DNA of 40,816 nt. It comes from Octopus bimaculoides. Its lineage: Eukaryota. Shown here one piece after another: positions 1 to 11,682 of this stretch. The DNA lies in the NCBI RefSeq assembly GCF_001194135.2, contig NC_069001.1, forward strand, positions 23,556,919 through 23,597,734. Direction: 5' to 3'. The first letter of the stretch is position 1. Each line of letters starts with the position of its first letter. A program made the translations under genes and the position numbers. The notes beneath the pieces were generated by a model, which did no database searches, was not told where the DNA came from, and saw only the letters and a program-made list of their open reading frames with translations.

Positions 1-47
<47 letters not shown>

Positions 48-110
48 ACACACACATATGTATACATATATATACACACACACATGCACATACACACACA
101 CACATATACG
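1..110. repeat. (TA)n/(CA)n compound microsatellite
   Basis: Directly visible dinucleotide runs. Confidence 0.97.
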
Positions 111-659
111 TTAACTGTATATGATATGGAGCACAGCAACTAGACAGCTGAAATTTTTCATAAAGGCATATGTTTTAAGATTAAGTTCATACATTGTTCT
201 ACTTTTTGCAGATATTTTTAATATTATTAACTAAGAATATTGTATAACCCCAAGTATTGCTGTAATGATTGGAAAAGGTTACTGATTAGAAAAATAATTA
301 ATTTAAAGCAATTATGTAAATTAGTACCACATTAGGAAACAAACCACGTGTTCCTAAAAAGCGAAGAAAATATGTTTGGCTATAATTTTATTTTAGCTTC
401 TTAGTTGTTTGGCACATTTTTAAGAATTCCAATTTTAAACATCTTCAGGATTAGCTTTGTTGCAGCAATTTTGTGTGAGTCATCATTCCCTGACCAAATG
501 AAGACAGTCAGCATAGTTTTAAAGCAATTTACCCCAAATACTATGAATTTATGTGATCATAAATTAGCAATTAATTAAAATATTTATTAGCAACAGAGGC
601 AATATTAATACTGAAAGATAATATTTGTTCGTGCTTAAACATTCTGGCATTGTTATTCC

Positions 660-1145
660 ATATATTGCTGGTGGAGAGATGAATCACTGCAATCTCTAGT
701 GGTCAAGTGTCCATCATTCACAAGACCAAGGAAGGTTGAAATCATGTGATATGGTGATCTCGGTGCTGGAGATAGTGGGAGGTTTATCTCCCTGCTAACA
801 ATATAAACAAGAGTAAATTTTGCACCAGAAAGCCAATATAAGAGTTTCTCTCATGGTTTCTTCCTCAGTATAGTTTGTTCTAACAGAACATTCACATTTA
901 AGTGGGGATAGATATTGATTAACATGTACTAATGTTGGATATGTTGCTAATATAAGAGGTGAAGAACTTGATGGAGTGTGAGGTCCACAACTGAATGGAA
1001 ATGCTCAAGAAGAAATGTCACATTCTCTCATGTTGGGTTTCATTTTCTGAACCAATGCTGCATGTGATTTGTGTGAAAGGAAGAGTAGTGAGGATTAGGG
1101 TTGGAGTGAGTAAGCTTGTAGTGGATGGATGTGGAGAGGTGTATC
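660..1145 (-). mobile_element. Penelope-like element relic (RT C-terminus to GIY-YIG), degenerate
   Basis: Minus-strand translation gives LSTSIHYKLTHSNPNPHYSSFH (cf. Penelope RT TSVHYKPTDSHSYL.YSSSHP), then SHDFNLP and SLHQ (cf. RHFNLP...LSLHQG); broken by stops and frameshifts. Confidence 0.6.
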
Positions 1146-1169
1146 TTCTTTATACATACCTATAAATAG

Positions 1170-1880
1170 TATTCCATTCTATATCACCTTCCACTCATCC
1201 TTACAATGAAACACACACTTTTTAATCTTACTTTCTGATCCCCAAACTGTTCTGATCTTTCCTTCACCCCATCTCCTTACCTTCAAGAATTAGCTCCAAG
1301 GAGGTCATCATAGCATGTAGCCACATGCAACCAGACACTTTTAAGCCTGCCCATCAATGATGCAATACCTGCCTCTCTACATTAGCAATGCTACACCAAT
1401 CACTTGACTTGAGTCACAATACCACATAAACCCAAACTTCTGTTGCACATCTTCCAACCTCATCATATATTGGATCGTCTGCAAATTTTACAGTGCTTCT
1501 CTCTCTATACAAGAGAAACTAACCATTACCTTGCTGATTGCTTTTGGGAGCACATTCAGTGCACATTTCTATATAGATATACCTGGTCAATTTGTCATCA
1601 CCTGCTTCAACATTAGCCTGTTTGCAGTGTGTGGCATCTTTGTACATCAGGGATCCACATACTAAAAGAAACGATAAGAGCATTTTATATTCAAACTCAA
1701 TATCTTGCCACCAGCATCTTTAAATGAATGTTTTTCTTCTGTTTCTACACTTCTTCTTAGGCCAGTTTTACCATTTTTATCCTTCGAACTCCCTCTCACT
1801 TTAATTTTCCCCCTTCACCTCACTTTCACCCATTTCTCCACCTCATCCCACTCCTTTTCCTTCTCCTTCTCTCACCTTGT
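1170..1880 (+). mobile_element. Penelope-like element relic (thumb/linker, GIY-YIG endonuclease, pyrimidine-rich 3' region)
   Basis: IPFYITFH...LSDPQTVLIFPSPHLLTFK, FCCTSSNLI, LYTRETNHYLADCFWEHI and EHFIFKLNILPPASLNECFS match, in order, the Penelope motifs IPFTLTFH/NDPET.IF..P.LISFK, FTCTS.N.IY, LYIGETGR.L.DRF.EHL and EQ.FIF.LGTL.P.GINE.FS. Confidence 0.8.
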
Positions 1881-1997
1881 ATGTTAAAAGAAGCAACTTA
1901 AGGGCTCACATGAAGAAAGCTACCCACCCATGAAACACTGCTTCAAAATGCTCTTTTCGACACATGCCCACATGCAAAAGCAGGCATAAAAACTGAT

Positions 1998-2095
1998 TAT
2001 GATGACATTGTTTAAGCTGTTGTTATTGTTGTTGACGATGATGACGATGACGACGATGGTGATGATGACACTGATGATAATGATGACGACGATGG
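1998..2095. repeat. (GAT/GAC/GTT)n degenerate trinucleotide repeat
   Basis: Visible imperfect triplet run; explains the poly-I/V/N ORF at 1920-2192. Confidence 0.85.
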
Positions 2096-3561
2096 GAACA
2101 TGTCTGTAATGTTCATACATTTCTAAAATTAAAGATTTATTATTTTTTTGTTCTGCATTGGAAGTTTGCCTCTGGTACAAATAAGTTACCATTACATAGA
2201 ACTTAGAAAAACTTTTAAAAATATTTCTGAGTCTGCGATGTTGTTTTGAGAATTCCTATCACATTAATTTTGGAAATATGCCAGTCCAAGTATCACTAAC
2301 TTAGCTATCAGTTATTAAAACAAAGAAGTTATTTTAGTAAGTGTATGTTAAATATGCTTTTGAACATATTAATATTCAATAGCATTTACATATTTCACCT
2401 CAGTTGCATTCTGCAACAGAACTTTTAGTTGAAAAAAATACATAATTCAGTAAAATATTCAACTCATAAATAATAGATGAACTCTTTAATAATTTAATTA
2501 ATACTCTTACATATACATATGTGCATGTATGGAAATTTGTGAATATTGTATATGCATATGTGTATATTGGCAGTATATGTTTGTGTGTGAATGTGCGTAA
2601 GTGTGTGTGTGTATAAATATATATATAAGGATTTTGCTAGAAAATAATTTCATTGCTAAATTTGATAGAAATCTTTCTATTTGGTGATGAAGTACTGGCA
2701 ATGAGATATGCATTAAGCAATATTTCACTGAGGGAAGATTCTACTGATATGATCTGCTCCATAAATAATGCAAAACTGGAAGAATAGAATTTGATTATTC
2801 AATTCCAAAATCTTTTAGTTCAAAGATTTCATCTATCTCCATTAAAACTTTCGGCTGTTATACATACATACATACACATATATATATTCTGATAATTAAA
2901 TATTTGTTTTGTGAGAATTTTATGTAGTTTTGTCTTTCGAGGAGTTTTTCTTCCTACATTTTAGTCTAGTTTTAAACTCTTACCATAAAACAAGGATTAG
3001 TTAAAAGTTATTAATTGCCAGTTGACTTCCTACCAGGCATTAAATTCCTATGGAGCTATGACGGCAAATATATTTTATAATCATACCCAATTTTAATGAT
3101 GCATTTCTAAATTGGCATCGAACATAAACATGATTCGAAGCAGCAGCAAAGAATGACCGGGAGGCAGTGTGTTTTACTGTGTATGAATAATATAAGCTTC
3201 TAAAAATGTTATGATAACTGACTTCAGTTGCTTGGTCTTCACTTAACTGCTTGTCTTACTAATAAAATTTCTGGAATAAACAATTGGAAATAAAAATTGC
3301 CATGATGAAACCATGTTTGATTCTTAGTGATGCTTACGTGCTTACGAAATGGTAGAGTTTGTGCTGGCTGCAAATGGCATAAAAAATACATTAATGAAAA
3401 AAGAAGTATAATAAAAAAAGAATATGAACTTTTCTGTTTAGTTAAACAGGTCTAAGAATATAAAGATATTTCTGTCAGACAATATAGAACAGTGATAAAT
3501 TATACTCTCTTGCTTACATACAGAAACAATCACAGAATCACACATAATCACATGCATGCAC

Positions 3562-3563
<2 letters not shown>

Positions 3564-3613
<50 letters not shown>

Positions 3614-3693
3614 NNNNNNNNNNNNNNNNNNNNNNNNNNNNNNNNNNNNNNNNNNNNNNNNNNNNNNNNNNNNNNNNNNNNNNNNNNNNNNNN

Positions 3694-3737
<44 letters not shown>
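3564..3737. repeat. (CT)n and (CA)n microsatellites flanking an assembly gap (N 3614-3693)
   Basis: Directly visible. Confidence 0.97.
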
Positions 3738-3739
<2 letters not shown>

Positions 3740-3947
3740 ATTTTACCATTTCTTTTTCTAGTGATATGTCTCTGTACTTATGCATATCTGTTTACATATC
3801 TCTCTTTTTCTATGTATGTATATACAGACCACACACACACACATTAATAAATATAAATGAAGTCAAACCAATAATATTTTGAATGCATTTAACATGTACG
3901 TTTCAGATAATCACATAATAGATAAATGGGAAATTTCATCTCTTTAG

Positions 3948-3980
<33 letters not shown>

Positions 3981-3984
<4 letters not shown>

Positions 3985-4190
3985 AGGTGCTATCAAAATA
4001 TTCCCCAACTAGTTATGTTTAATACAAAATAACTTATATACCTAAGTTTTAATATCACCTCCATTGAAATAGTCACCTTGCACAATAATACTCTGGTTCC
4101 AGTATTCCTGCCACTTTTGGAATCAGGCCTGGAAGTTGTTTTCTGTAAGCAAGTTGAGAACCTTCTGTGATTCATTCTGGACCTCAACAA
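3981..4190 (-). mobile_element. Mariner transposase C-terminal fragment with a probable terminal inverted repeat
   Basis: Minus strand reads ESQKVLNLLTENNFQA*FQKWQEYWNQSIIVQGDYFNGGD, typical of the mariner end (FQKW..RW..CI...GDYFEGD). A TIR-like end abuts the (TA)n tract near 3981. Confidence 0.75.
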
Positions 4191-4199
4191 TGACCTTTG

Positions 4200-4725
4200 A
4201 GAAATTAGTACTTAGATATGATCCTAATTTAGATTACAGTGAAGATCCTGCTGTCAGAGTAGGAGGGCTATCACATCAGTGCAGGTTCTGTGGGGTAAAG
4301 AAGTTTATGTGTGAAAGTCCTGGAATGTGTTGCTCTGAAGGCAAGGTTCAGATTCCTGTTTTACAACCTCTTCTACAGCCATCATTTGACTTGCTAGAAG
4401 GGTCTACTGCAGAAACAAAGCACTTCCTCTGAAACATTCGATGCTACAATTCCACTTTCCAGATGACATCTTTTGGGGTGAATAAACAAATAGCAAAGGA
4501 AGGATTTCAGACGACATTAAGAGTTCAAGGTCAGCCTTATCACTTAATAGGGTCACTTCTACTATCCCCTGATGACCAGGCCAAATTCCTGCAAATTTGC
4601 TTCATGGGGAACAACCAGCAGCAGTTAAGGAGATGCTGTCAGATAATAACAACCTTGCATGAGGACATCATTTCTGCTCTGCTGACCATGTTTTTGGCCC
4701 AGAATAATCTAGGTCATTTTGGGAG
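4200..4725 (+). mobile_element. Helitron Rep/helicase N-terminal fragment (pseudogenised)
   Basis: ORFs 4136-4432 and 4463-4747 are in one frame, split by TGA: RYDPNLDY...CRFCGVKKFMCESPGMCCSEGKV...HFL*NIRCYNSTFQMTSFG...VQGQPYHLIGSLL...KFLQICF. These are hallmark motifs of the animal Helitron Rep N-terminal region. Confidence 0.9.
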
Positions 4726-5419
4726 CAATGTTAGGATTTCATTCTAGCCTAAGCTGCCATTCTACATGTTTTTGGTGTCAACAATTTCAGCATTGTTCAT
4801 CACAAAATGACCAAAAAACCTTTTTTTATAAACAAGAGCTGTTTGCTTCACTCTCCTCGTGTGCTGATTCTGTCCATAAGAAAGAAACAAATAATACAAT
4901 GTGGCTGTAGACCATAACAGCCATGCAACATCAGGATGTATTACTAGTATATAATATTTTGGACTAATAGGTATTAGTCGATAAGTGTGTTGAAGTGTTG
5001 AGTAGAACACTGGCACAGTTTGGGCTAGCTGGGGTCATCCACATTTGGGGTATATTTCCATTGGATTTACTTAAGGAAATTCATATTATCATTATATATA
5101 TATATATATATATATATATCCAAGGTTTCAAATTTGTATATTTAAAAGGATAGAGACTTTCAACACGGTCGATTTTTTTTTCCATTTATTTAATTATTTA
5201 GCATCTGATGTCAACATTTCTGTGCTCAACTCTATCCAACGACTGATCTGTTGAATGGCTGACGTTTCCCAGTTATAGTCAGGTATCTATTGTAATCTAA
5301 CTTAATTTTCTAATTCCACTGAGGTTCAAGTGCATCTCCAAACTTCCACTTGTATTTTATGCATCAGTCCACCTAATTTCATGACCTAACTTTGTCTTAT
5401 AATTTGGCATGTATTTATA

Positions 5420-5438
5420 CATACATACACACACACAT

Positions 5439-5488
<50 letters not shown>

Positions 5489-5610
5489 TTGCATATTATG
5501 TGTAAGTGTAGCTTCATTTTTTTCTCTGTAATAAACACACACACCATACACACATACATGCACACCACATACACACATGCACACACTAACACATACACAC
5601 CGATACACCA
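5420..5610. repeat. (CA)n-rich degenerate microsatellite
   Basis: Directly visible. Confidence 0.93.
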
Positions 5611-5929
5611 ACAACATCTATTATGAGTTTGTTCATCAGTAAGTCCTCTTTTAATGATGCTACCGACTGAATATTACTGCAAAGTTGAATACTTACATGT
5701 GAATTCTTAAAAGGAAATATTTTCTAGACATTAAAAATGACTATTTTAATGCTAACCACTAAAACATAATGAGAATAACATAATGCTCTCTATGACATCT
5801 GCCAAAAGCCTCAACATAGTTGATGGAGCAGCTAGAAATAACAGTCAAATAACCCACATATCAGATCATATCATGTTAAAAATTGAAGGATGCTGTCTTG
5901 TTTGTTTGCTTGCTTCATGCCCTTGCTTG

Positions 5930-6150
5930 ATGGGGCTGGGGTCATCACAGGTTAGTGGTCCCAGAGATGTCATCATGCATAGAGCTGACCAGGTTCACAA
6001 GTGCTCTCCATAACTGGCAGTCCCATGTCAGCTCCTCTGCATTCTCCAACGTGATGTTGAGCCTCTGGAGATCTTCCCCAATCACATCCTACCATGAGGC
6101 CTCCTCCAGCCTGCAGCTGCTGTGTTCAATGAGAGTAAAACCTTTGTAGA
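5930..6150 (-). mobile_element. RTE-clade LINE 3' ORF fragment
   Basis: Minus strand reads SW*DVIGEDLQRLNITLENAEELTWDCQLWRALV, matching the RTE C-terminus (TW.DVI..DL..L.I....A.DR..WR.LV). Confidence 0.65.
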
Positions 6151-6478
6151 ATGATTTAGTGGTAGATGGAGTACATATATATGCCAGCGCATGTGACAAA
6201 TAGCTATGACATAAGAAGCTACTGGCTGATTTGTGTATGCATGCAGTTTTTTGTTGGAAATGTGATGGTAAATAAGATAAGGTAGCCCAAAATATATTGT
6301 GCCTGTAATATAAAAAACGAGATGATAATGGATAGGAGTGTATTAGAATGCAATTTCAGATGTGAGCACCAAGTTTGCTAGAAATAACAGCCCATATTTC
6401 CTTCAAATCATACTTGAAATAAAAAACACAATGGATATTTCAAAAAATGGAAAGAGCATTGCTTGGATGTAATAAAAC

Positions 6479-6678
6479 TGAATAACAACATCTGGAGAAG
6501 TTAGAGTCTTCAGGAAAAAGATATCTACCATCTGCCCTGCACGTTACAAATGCAGTCTGTAAGTGGCAGAGTAAAAATATGCAAGACTTTTCTCAAGTTC
6601 AACATGTGAAATTGTTTTTGTTATCCCCATCCCAACGATTGAGCTTTGTATTATTGCTAGAAACCAGCTCCTTCCTTA
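6479..6678. repeat. Diverged unclassified repeat, copy 1 (partner at 30929-31112)
   Basis: Colinear similarity over about 190-200 bp with a 36-nt core (6570-6605) differing at one position from 31005-31040. Confidence 0.8.
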
Positions 6679-6733
6679 GGAGTGAACACACACACACATG
6701 AATACATGAGAAAGAGAGAGAGAGAGAGAGAAT

Positions 6734-6782
<49 letters not shown>

Positions 6783-6899
6783 GTTAAACAAGTTAGCACC
6801 TTGCTTTGGGTTGAATTTCTAATTATTTTCTTGCTTCTAATTATTTCTTGCTTAGATATTGTTTTAATTGATGTTTATTCCAACATTCCTACAAGACTT

Positions 6900-7105
6900 C
6901 AAAGAACCTCTACATAGATACTCAAATTGCTAGAAATAGCAACCTAATCTCTCTCAGATTACACCTAATAATCTTGAAAGAGAAGACATACTAGATAATA
7001 TACTCCAAGATACATTGTCACTATAAGACAGAATGGTCACAGCTAGAATGTTTTTGGTTATAGATCTGTTTGTTGAAGTTTCACCCGAAGATAATCAATA
7101 ACAAC
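6900..7105 (+). mobile_element. SINE-like family G (gctagaaatagcagcc core, (AAC)n tail); other copies near 5830, 6345-6440, 9300-9372(-), 9655-9862, 10400-10470, 10640-10872 and 33200-33350
   Basis: A recurrent gctagaaat(a)gcag/ggataatgtag/aacaacaac module is found at several positions in the window. Confidence 0.6.
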
Positions 7106-7127
7106 ATGTAAATGAATATTTTCCTCG

Positions 7128-7385
7128 CAGATGGGCTTGTCATAAGGATGTCCCAGAAAAGAATCACTTGACAGGTTTTACAGGCAAAAACCGAGTGGCA
7201 GTCATACCAAGAGTGGACTGCAAACAAGATGGTTTGATAACATCAATGAGCTTGGTTGGTCTTCCTTGGAGATTCAACTGGATCAATTGGACACAGTTGC
7301 TTCTGACAAAACTGATGAAGGCATGCTTGAGGACTCTGCTCCCACAATCCTCCAAAGAATTGGTGAAGAAAATGAGGTGAGATGA
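7128..7385 (+). mobile_element. RTEX/RTE-like LINE 3' ORF fragment
   Basis: Across frameshifts: RMSQKRIT*QVLQAK, GLQTRWFDNINELGWSSLEI and LRTLLPQSSK (cf. RMPQERL.KQVL.AK, GRP.TRW.D.I..L.W..LGI, LELLPPQP). Confidence 0.65.
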
Positions 7386-7399
7386 AATGAGCTCACCCC

Positions 7400-7740
7400 C
7401 ATACATGAATAGTGGTTGGACATTCTAGTGGTTATGAGGACAAGTGTTCCATTTGACTCAATCAGTGGAACCACCTATTTGAGAATTTAACTTGCAAGTG
7501 GTTGAGCACTCTACAGACATACATTCTCTTAATGTAGTCCGCAAGTCGATTCAGTATGACACCAAATATGACTATGCCGACCATTTAACTTTACTGGTAA
7601 AACTCCTTTTTTTCCATCTGAATGAACTGGAACAATATGAAATAAAGTGTCTTGCTTAAGGATGCAATACGTCACTGGTAATCAAACTCACAGCTTTATG
7701 AATGAGAGCTGAATACTCTAAAAACTAAATAAAACTAGCA
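7400..7740 (-). mobile_element. tRNA-derived SINE family C, degenerate copy
   Basis: Reverse complement shows a tRNA-like head and the ttgagcaagacactttatttca core shared with 14357-14665 and 22606-22890. Confidence 0.75.
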
Positions 7741-7744
7741 TTTG

Positions 7745-8055
7745 TTGCTTGGGACAACAAAAGTTTCATTCGATCTGCTCAACAGAACAGCTTACTCATG
7801 ACATCAACATCATATAAGGGGCTGAGTACTCCACAGACACAATGCCCTTAACGTTGTTCACAAGGAGATTCAGCATAACATAGAATATGACAAAGCTGAT
7901 CCTTTAAAATACAGGTACAACTCCTTTTTGCCAGCTGACTGAACTGGAACAATGTGAAATAAAGTGTCTTGCTCAAGGACACGATGCCTCTCCAGGAATT
8001 GAACTCATGACCATACGATCATAAGCTGAATACGTTTACCACTAAACCCCATGCC
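7745..8055 (-). mobile_element. SINE family C, second tandem copy
   Basis: Same core (tgaaataaagtgtcttgctcaaggacac) and a head with a B-box-like ggaattgaactc on the plus strand. Confidence 0.8.
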
Positions 8056-8271
8056 AAACCACGCACCTACCACATACACTTATGTATACATGCATATTCC
8101 CATACAAGCTCAAAATCCTTACAAATCATGTTAAAGATTAAATAAAGGCTCACTATCTTATATACTGATATGAATGAAACTTTTCACTTTTTCCTTCTTC
8201 GCCAATATTTCCTTCACACACTCTCTTACTTGCTCATTCCTTACTAGTATCTCTTAGTCACCCTCCTTTCA

Positions 8272-8302
<31 letters not shown>

Positions 8303-8363
8303 AGTATTTCTCAGTGTCTCTCTGTCTCTATCTAAATCTAACATCACAATATATCAACCAATT

Positions 8364-8617
8364 CTATCTATAAACAAAAGCGATGTCTGGAAGAGAACAA
8401 AGTATAACAAAATTATTTTAAAGAGTCTTGCTTAACTATTGATTCAATGTTATCATTGTAAATTGTTCACGTTTCAGTTGGGGAGACGGATGTGTTGGAA
8501 GTGGAAATATTGTAGAATTTGTTATTTTAGATTGGCCGATTAAATTATTAAAATTTACATATGTTACTATTAATAAAGCGGGTGGAGTAAATTGTCTTGG
8601 GAAATAAAGCCATACTA
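8364..8617 (+). mobile_element. Possible non-autonomous Helitron
   Basis: Starts with a TCTATCTATAAA-like 5' end and ends in CTAGT at 8613-8617. No clear subterminal hairpin was confirmed. Confidence 0.3.
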
Positions 8618-8770
8618 GTTGGACTGGCTTTAACAATGCTGCCTTTTATCATGCTAATGTGTTTTGATTAGTGTTCACGTATGTATGCATGTATGGATGT
8701 GAGACCCTGACAGTGATGTGTATGTGTGTTTGTGTGTATGCGCATGTGTGTGTGAATGTGCCTGTGCGTA

Positions 8771-8920
8771 TGTGTGAAAATGTTCTCCTATCAGTATCCG
8801 TACATATGTATGCATACTGACATTGGTTTGTGTGAGTGTGTGTGTATACACGCACACGTACAAACCAATGTTAGTATGCATACATATGTACGGATACTGA
8901 TAGGAGAACATTTTCACACA
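8771..8920. repeat. Near-perfect inverted repeat, 61-bp arms (8771-8831 and 8860-8920), 28-bp spacer
   Basis: The arms are reverse complements with a single mismatch (ctGac versus gtTag); the mirrored ORFs 8675-8935(-) and 8756-8968(+) reflect this. Confidence 0.95.
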
Positions 8921-8940
8921 CATGCACACACACATATAGG

Positions 8941-9295
8941 GATACAGGTATGGCTGTGTGGTAGGTAGTTTGCTTCCCAGCTACATGGGTCCAGGTTCAG
9001 TCCTATGGCATGGCACCTTGAACAAGTGTCTTCTACTATAGCCTTGAGCCAACCAAGGCTTTGTGAGTGGGCTTGGTAGATGGAAAATGAAAGAAGCCCA
9101 TCATATAGGTGTGTGTGGGTCTCTGTGTCTGTTTGTCCTCCACCATCACAACCACCACCACTTGACATGTAGTGTGTTTACAGACCCCATAGCTTAATGG
9201 TTTGGCAAAAAACACTGACAGGATAAGTACCAAGTTACAAAACGAAAAAAATTCCTGGGATCAGGTCCTTCCACTAAAATTCTTCAAGGCAGAAT
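8941..9295 (+). mobile_element. tRNA-derived SINE family A
   Basis: A-box tggctgtgtggt, B-box ggttcagtcc, core gcaagtgtcttctactatagcc and an internal (TG) tract. Confidence 0.88.
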
Positions 9296-9960
9296 AGATA
9301 GATGTGTACACTGTTGTTGATATCTATCAGACCAATCTACCATGACTTCTCAAACTTTTTAAAACTTTTTGAGCTTCTTGAATCATTTTGTATATTTCTC
9401 TCTGTATTCCTTTCTGTAGAAGAGCTTAAGCTTGGAACATCAAACTTCATCCATTTTTCCATCAAACTAATACACCGTGTTTAGACAGACCGACAGAGAG
9501 ACCGACATATAGTCAAAGAGACAGACAGATAGATATGTATGTATTTCAGTGTATTTTTACTGATAATAATCATACATTGGCATAGGGCCACACATGTAAA
9601 GAGGAAGATGAGGCACAACCTACGAGTCAAATATGCTGTGTTATATTAAGCCAACAAAGGAGTGTGTATATACTCTTTTGAGTTGCTAGAAATAGCAGTT
9701 AAACTTCCCTTGTATCATAGCCACATGTTGTAAATAAAGAGGAGAAGCACTCATTAGATTATAAAGTCCTGCATACCCTAAGTAAAAAGAACATGATTGA
9801 TCACTTTTGGGTCATCTAATCATAAGTTTACTCAGATTTGATCAGGGGCCACTCAACAACAACTGTATTTTATCACTAGAACTCCTTAGATTGCATTGCA
9901 AGTTTTTGATGTTTTGAGCCTGTGCACTTCTATGAAAGAGAATGTGGAGAGAGGCAGAAA

Positions 9961-10393
9961 TACTCTTTTACTTGTTTCAGTCATTTGACTGCGGCCATGC
10001 TGGAACACCACCTTTAGTCGAGCAAATCGACCCCAGGACTTATTCTTTGTAAGCCTAGTACTTATTCTATCGGTCTCTTTTTGCTGAACCGCTAAGTTAC
10101 GGGGATGTAAACACACCTGCATCAGTTGTCAAGCGAAGTTGGGGGGACAAACACAGACACACAAACATATACACACACATACATATGTATGTATACATAT
10201 ATACGCCGGGTTTCTTTTTAGTTTTTGTCTACCAAATCCCCTCACAAGGCTATGATCGGCCTGAGGCTATAGTAGAAGACACTTGCCCAAGGTGCCACGC
10301 AGTGGGACTGAACCCAGAACCATGTGGTTGGTAAGCAAGCTACTTACCACACAGCCACTCCTGCACCTATAGCTACTTACCACACAGCCACTC
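9961..10393 (-). mobile_element. SINE family A, near full length, with a short duplication of the head
   Basis: Reverse complement of 30225-30640; agctacttaccacacagccactc occurs twice (about 10338 and 10371). Confidence 0.92.
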
Positions 10394-10920
10394 GATGCTC
10401 AAAATGTTTTTAAATATTTGAAAAGTCATGGTAGACTGGTCTGCTAAAAATCAACAACAGTGTTCAACCAGCATACCGTTGAATACCAGTGTTCAACCAG
10501 TATACCCTTAAAAAAGAAACAAACAAAAACAAAAAAAAAAATAGGATATTCACTGCTGGGATGTCTGTGATCAAAAGTCAGCTCAGTGTTAATCCGTGGC
10601 CACACAATCATAACAACTTTATTTTATGACCAGTACTCAGTCAAGCACAGAAACTTTATGTGGTCACTCAGACTGTTAGTAAAAGCAGCTAATTCTGTTA
10701 ATTCTTTCTCAGCATTCATGTTACTGTATTTAAATTGGCAGGGATTATGGGATAATGCAGTCCCAAATACACACTGAACACTTGACTGGTGAGATATGTC
10801 TTGAAATACCTTTCATCATATACATCTGCTCAATCAGAGCTGGCCGAGGGTTAAACACCATCAACAACAACTTGGGAGATTCAGTGTGACACAGAAAGTG
10901 ATAAGACTGGTGATAAGAAG

Positions 10921-11152
10921 GGTGGTGAGCTGGCAGAATCGTTAGCAGGCCGGGCGAAATGCTTAGCGGTATTTCGTCTGCCGCTACGTTCTGAGTTCAA
11001 ATTCCGCCGAGGTCGACTTTGCCTTTCATCCTTTCGGAGTCGATGAATTGAGTACCAGTTATGCACTAGAGTCGATCTAATTGACTTAATCCGTTTGTCT
11101 GTCCTTGTTTGTCTCCTCTGTGTGTAGCCCCTTGTGGGCAGTAAAGAAATAA
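10921..11152 (+). mobile_element. tRNA-derived SINE family B, young-looking copy
   Basis: Head gagctggcagaatcgttagc, B-box gagttcaaattcc, core gaggtcgactttgcctttcatcctttcgg; CpGs are retained. Confidence 0.9.
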
Positions 11153-11290
11153 AACTGGTCCTTTTTTTTGCCAGCTGAGTTCACCAGAGCAACTTGAAAT
11201 AAAGGGTTTTTGCTCAAGGACACCACCAGGAATTGAACTGACAATCTTAAGATTGTGAACTGAATACCCAAACCACTGAGCCGTGTGCCT
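11153..11290 (-). mobile_element. SINE family C, 5' half
   Basis: ccagctgagt...gaaataaag...ttgctcaaggacac...ggaattgaact core. Confidence 0.75.
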
Positions 11291-11334
11291 TCCTGTCAAG
11301 TATATGGGTATAAAGAGGTTGAAGTGCATCAATA

Positions 11335-11680
11335 AGGTGAGTGTTTTAGGGGTCTGGCACTAGCAGGGTTAGCATATTGAAGTGAAATATAAAATGTTGT
11401 TCATGATATAACCAAGGAAATGGAGGTCCATTATATTATTATTATTATAATGAAAGTCCATTATATTACATTATAATGAAATTATGTGAGATGCAGGTGG
11501 GACTGGCCTGAAGAACTGACTTGGCAGGCCAAGGCCACAAACTTGAGTGATATAAAGCTAATATGTTGAATGTCTGACAAATGTTCCCTACAATGATCAG
11601 CCAAACTTCTGCCATTTTCTCCTGTATATAGTAAATCGCAAAGTTGGCATTCAAGGCAGTGCTTAATATTGATTTCAAAT
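11335..11680 (-). mobile_element. Penelope-like GIY-YIG endonuclease relic
   Basis: ORF 11482-11745 contains NIKHCLECQLCDLLYTGENGRSLADHCREHLSDI, a close match to NVIYCI.C..C..LYIGETGR.LADRFREHL.DI. Confidence 0.85.
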
Positions 11681-11682
11681 TT

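Noticed and set aside
4762-5016. Possible LINE endonuclease fragment (RRVKQTALV)
   Set aside because: Only one weak motif resemblance, too little to call.
7128-7385. Apparent exon with AG acceptor (cctcgcag) and GT donor (gag|gtgaga)
   Set aside because: The sequence is better explained as a frameshifted RTEX/RTE 3' fragment, with LINE motifs spread over all three frames.
8941-9010. tRNA genes at SINE heads (A and B boxes)
   Set aside because: No complete cloverleaf; each continues into a shared SINE body.
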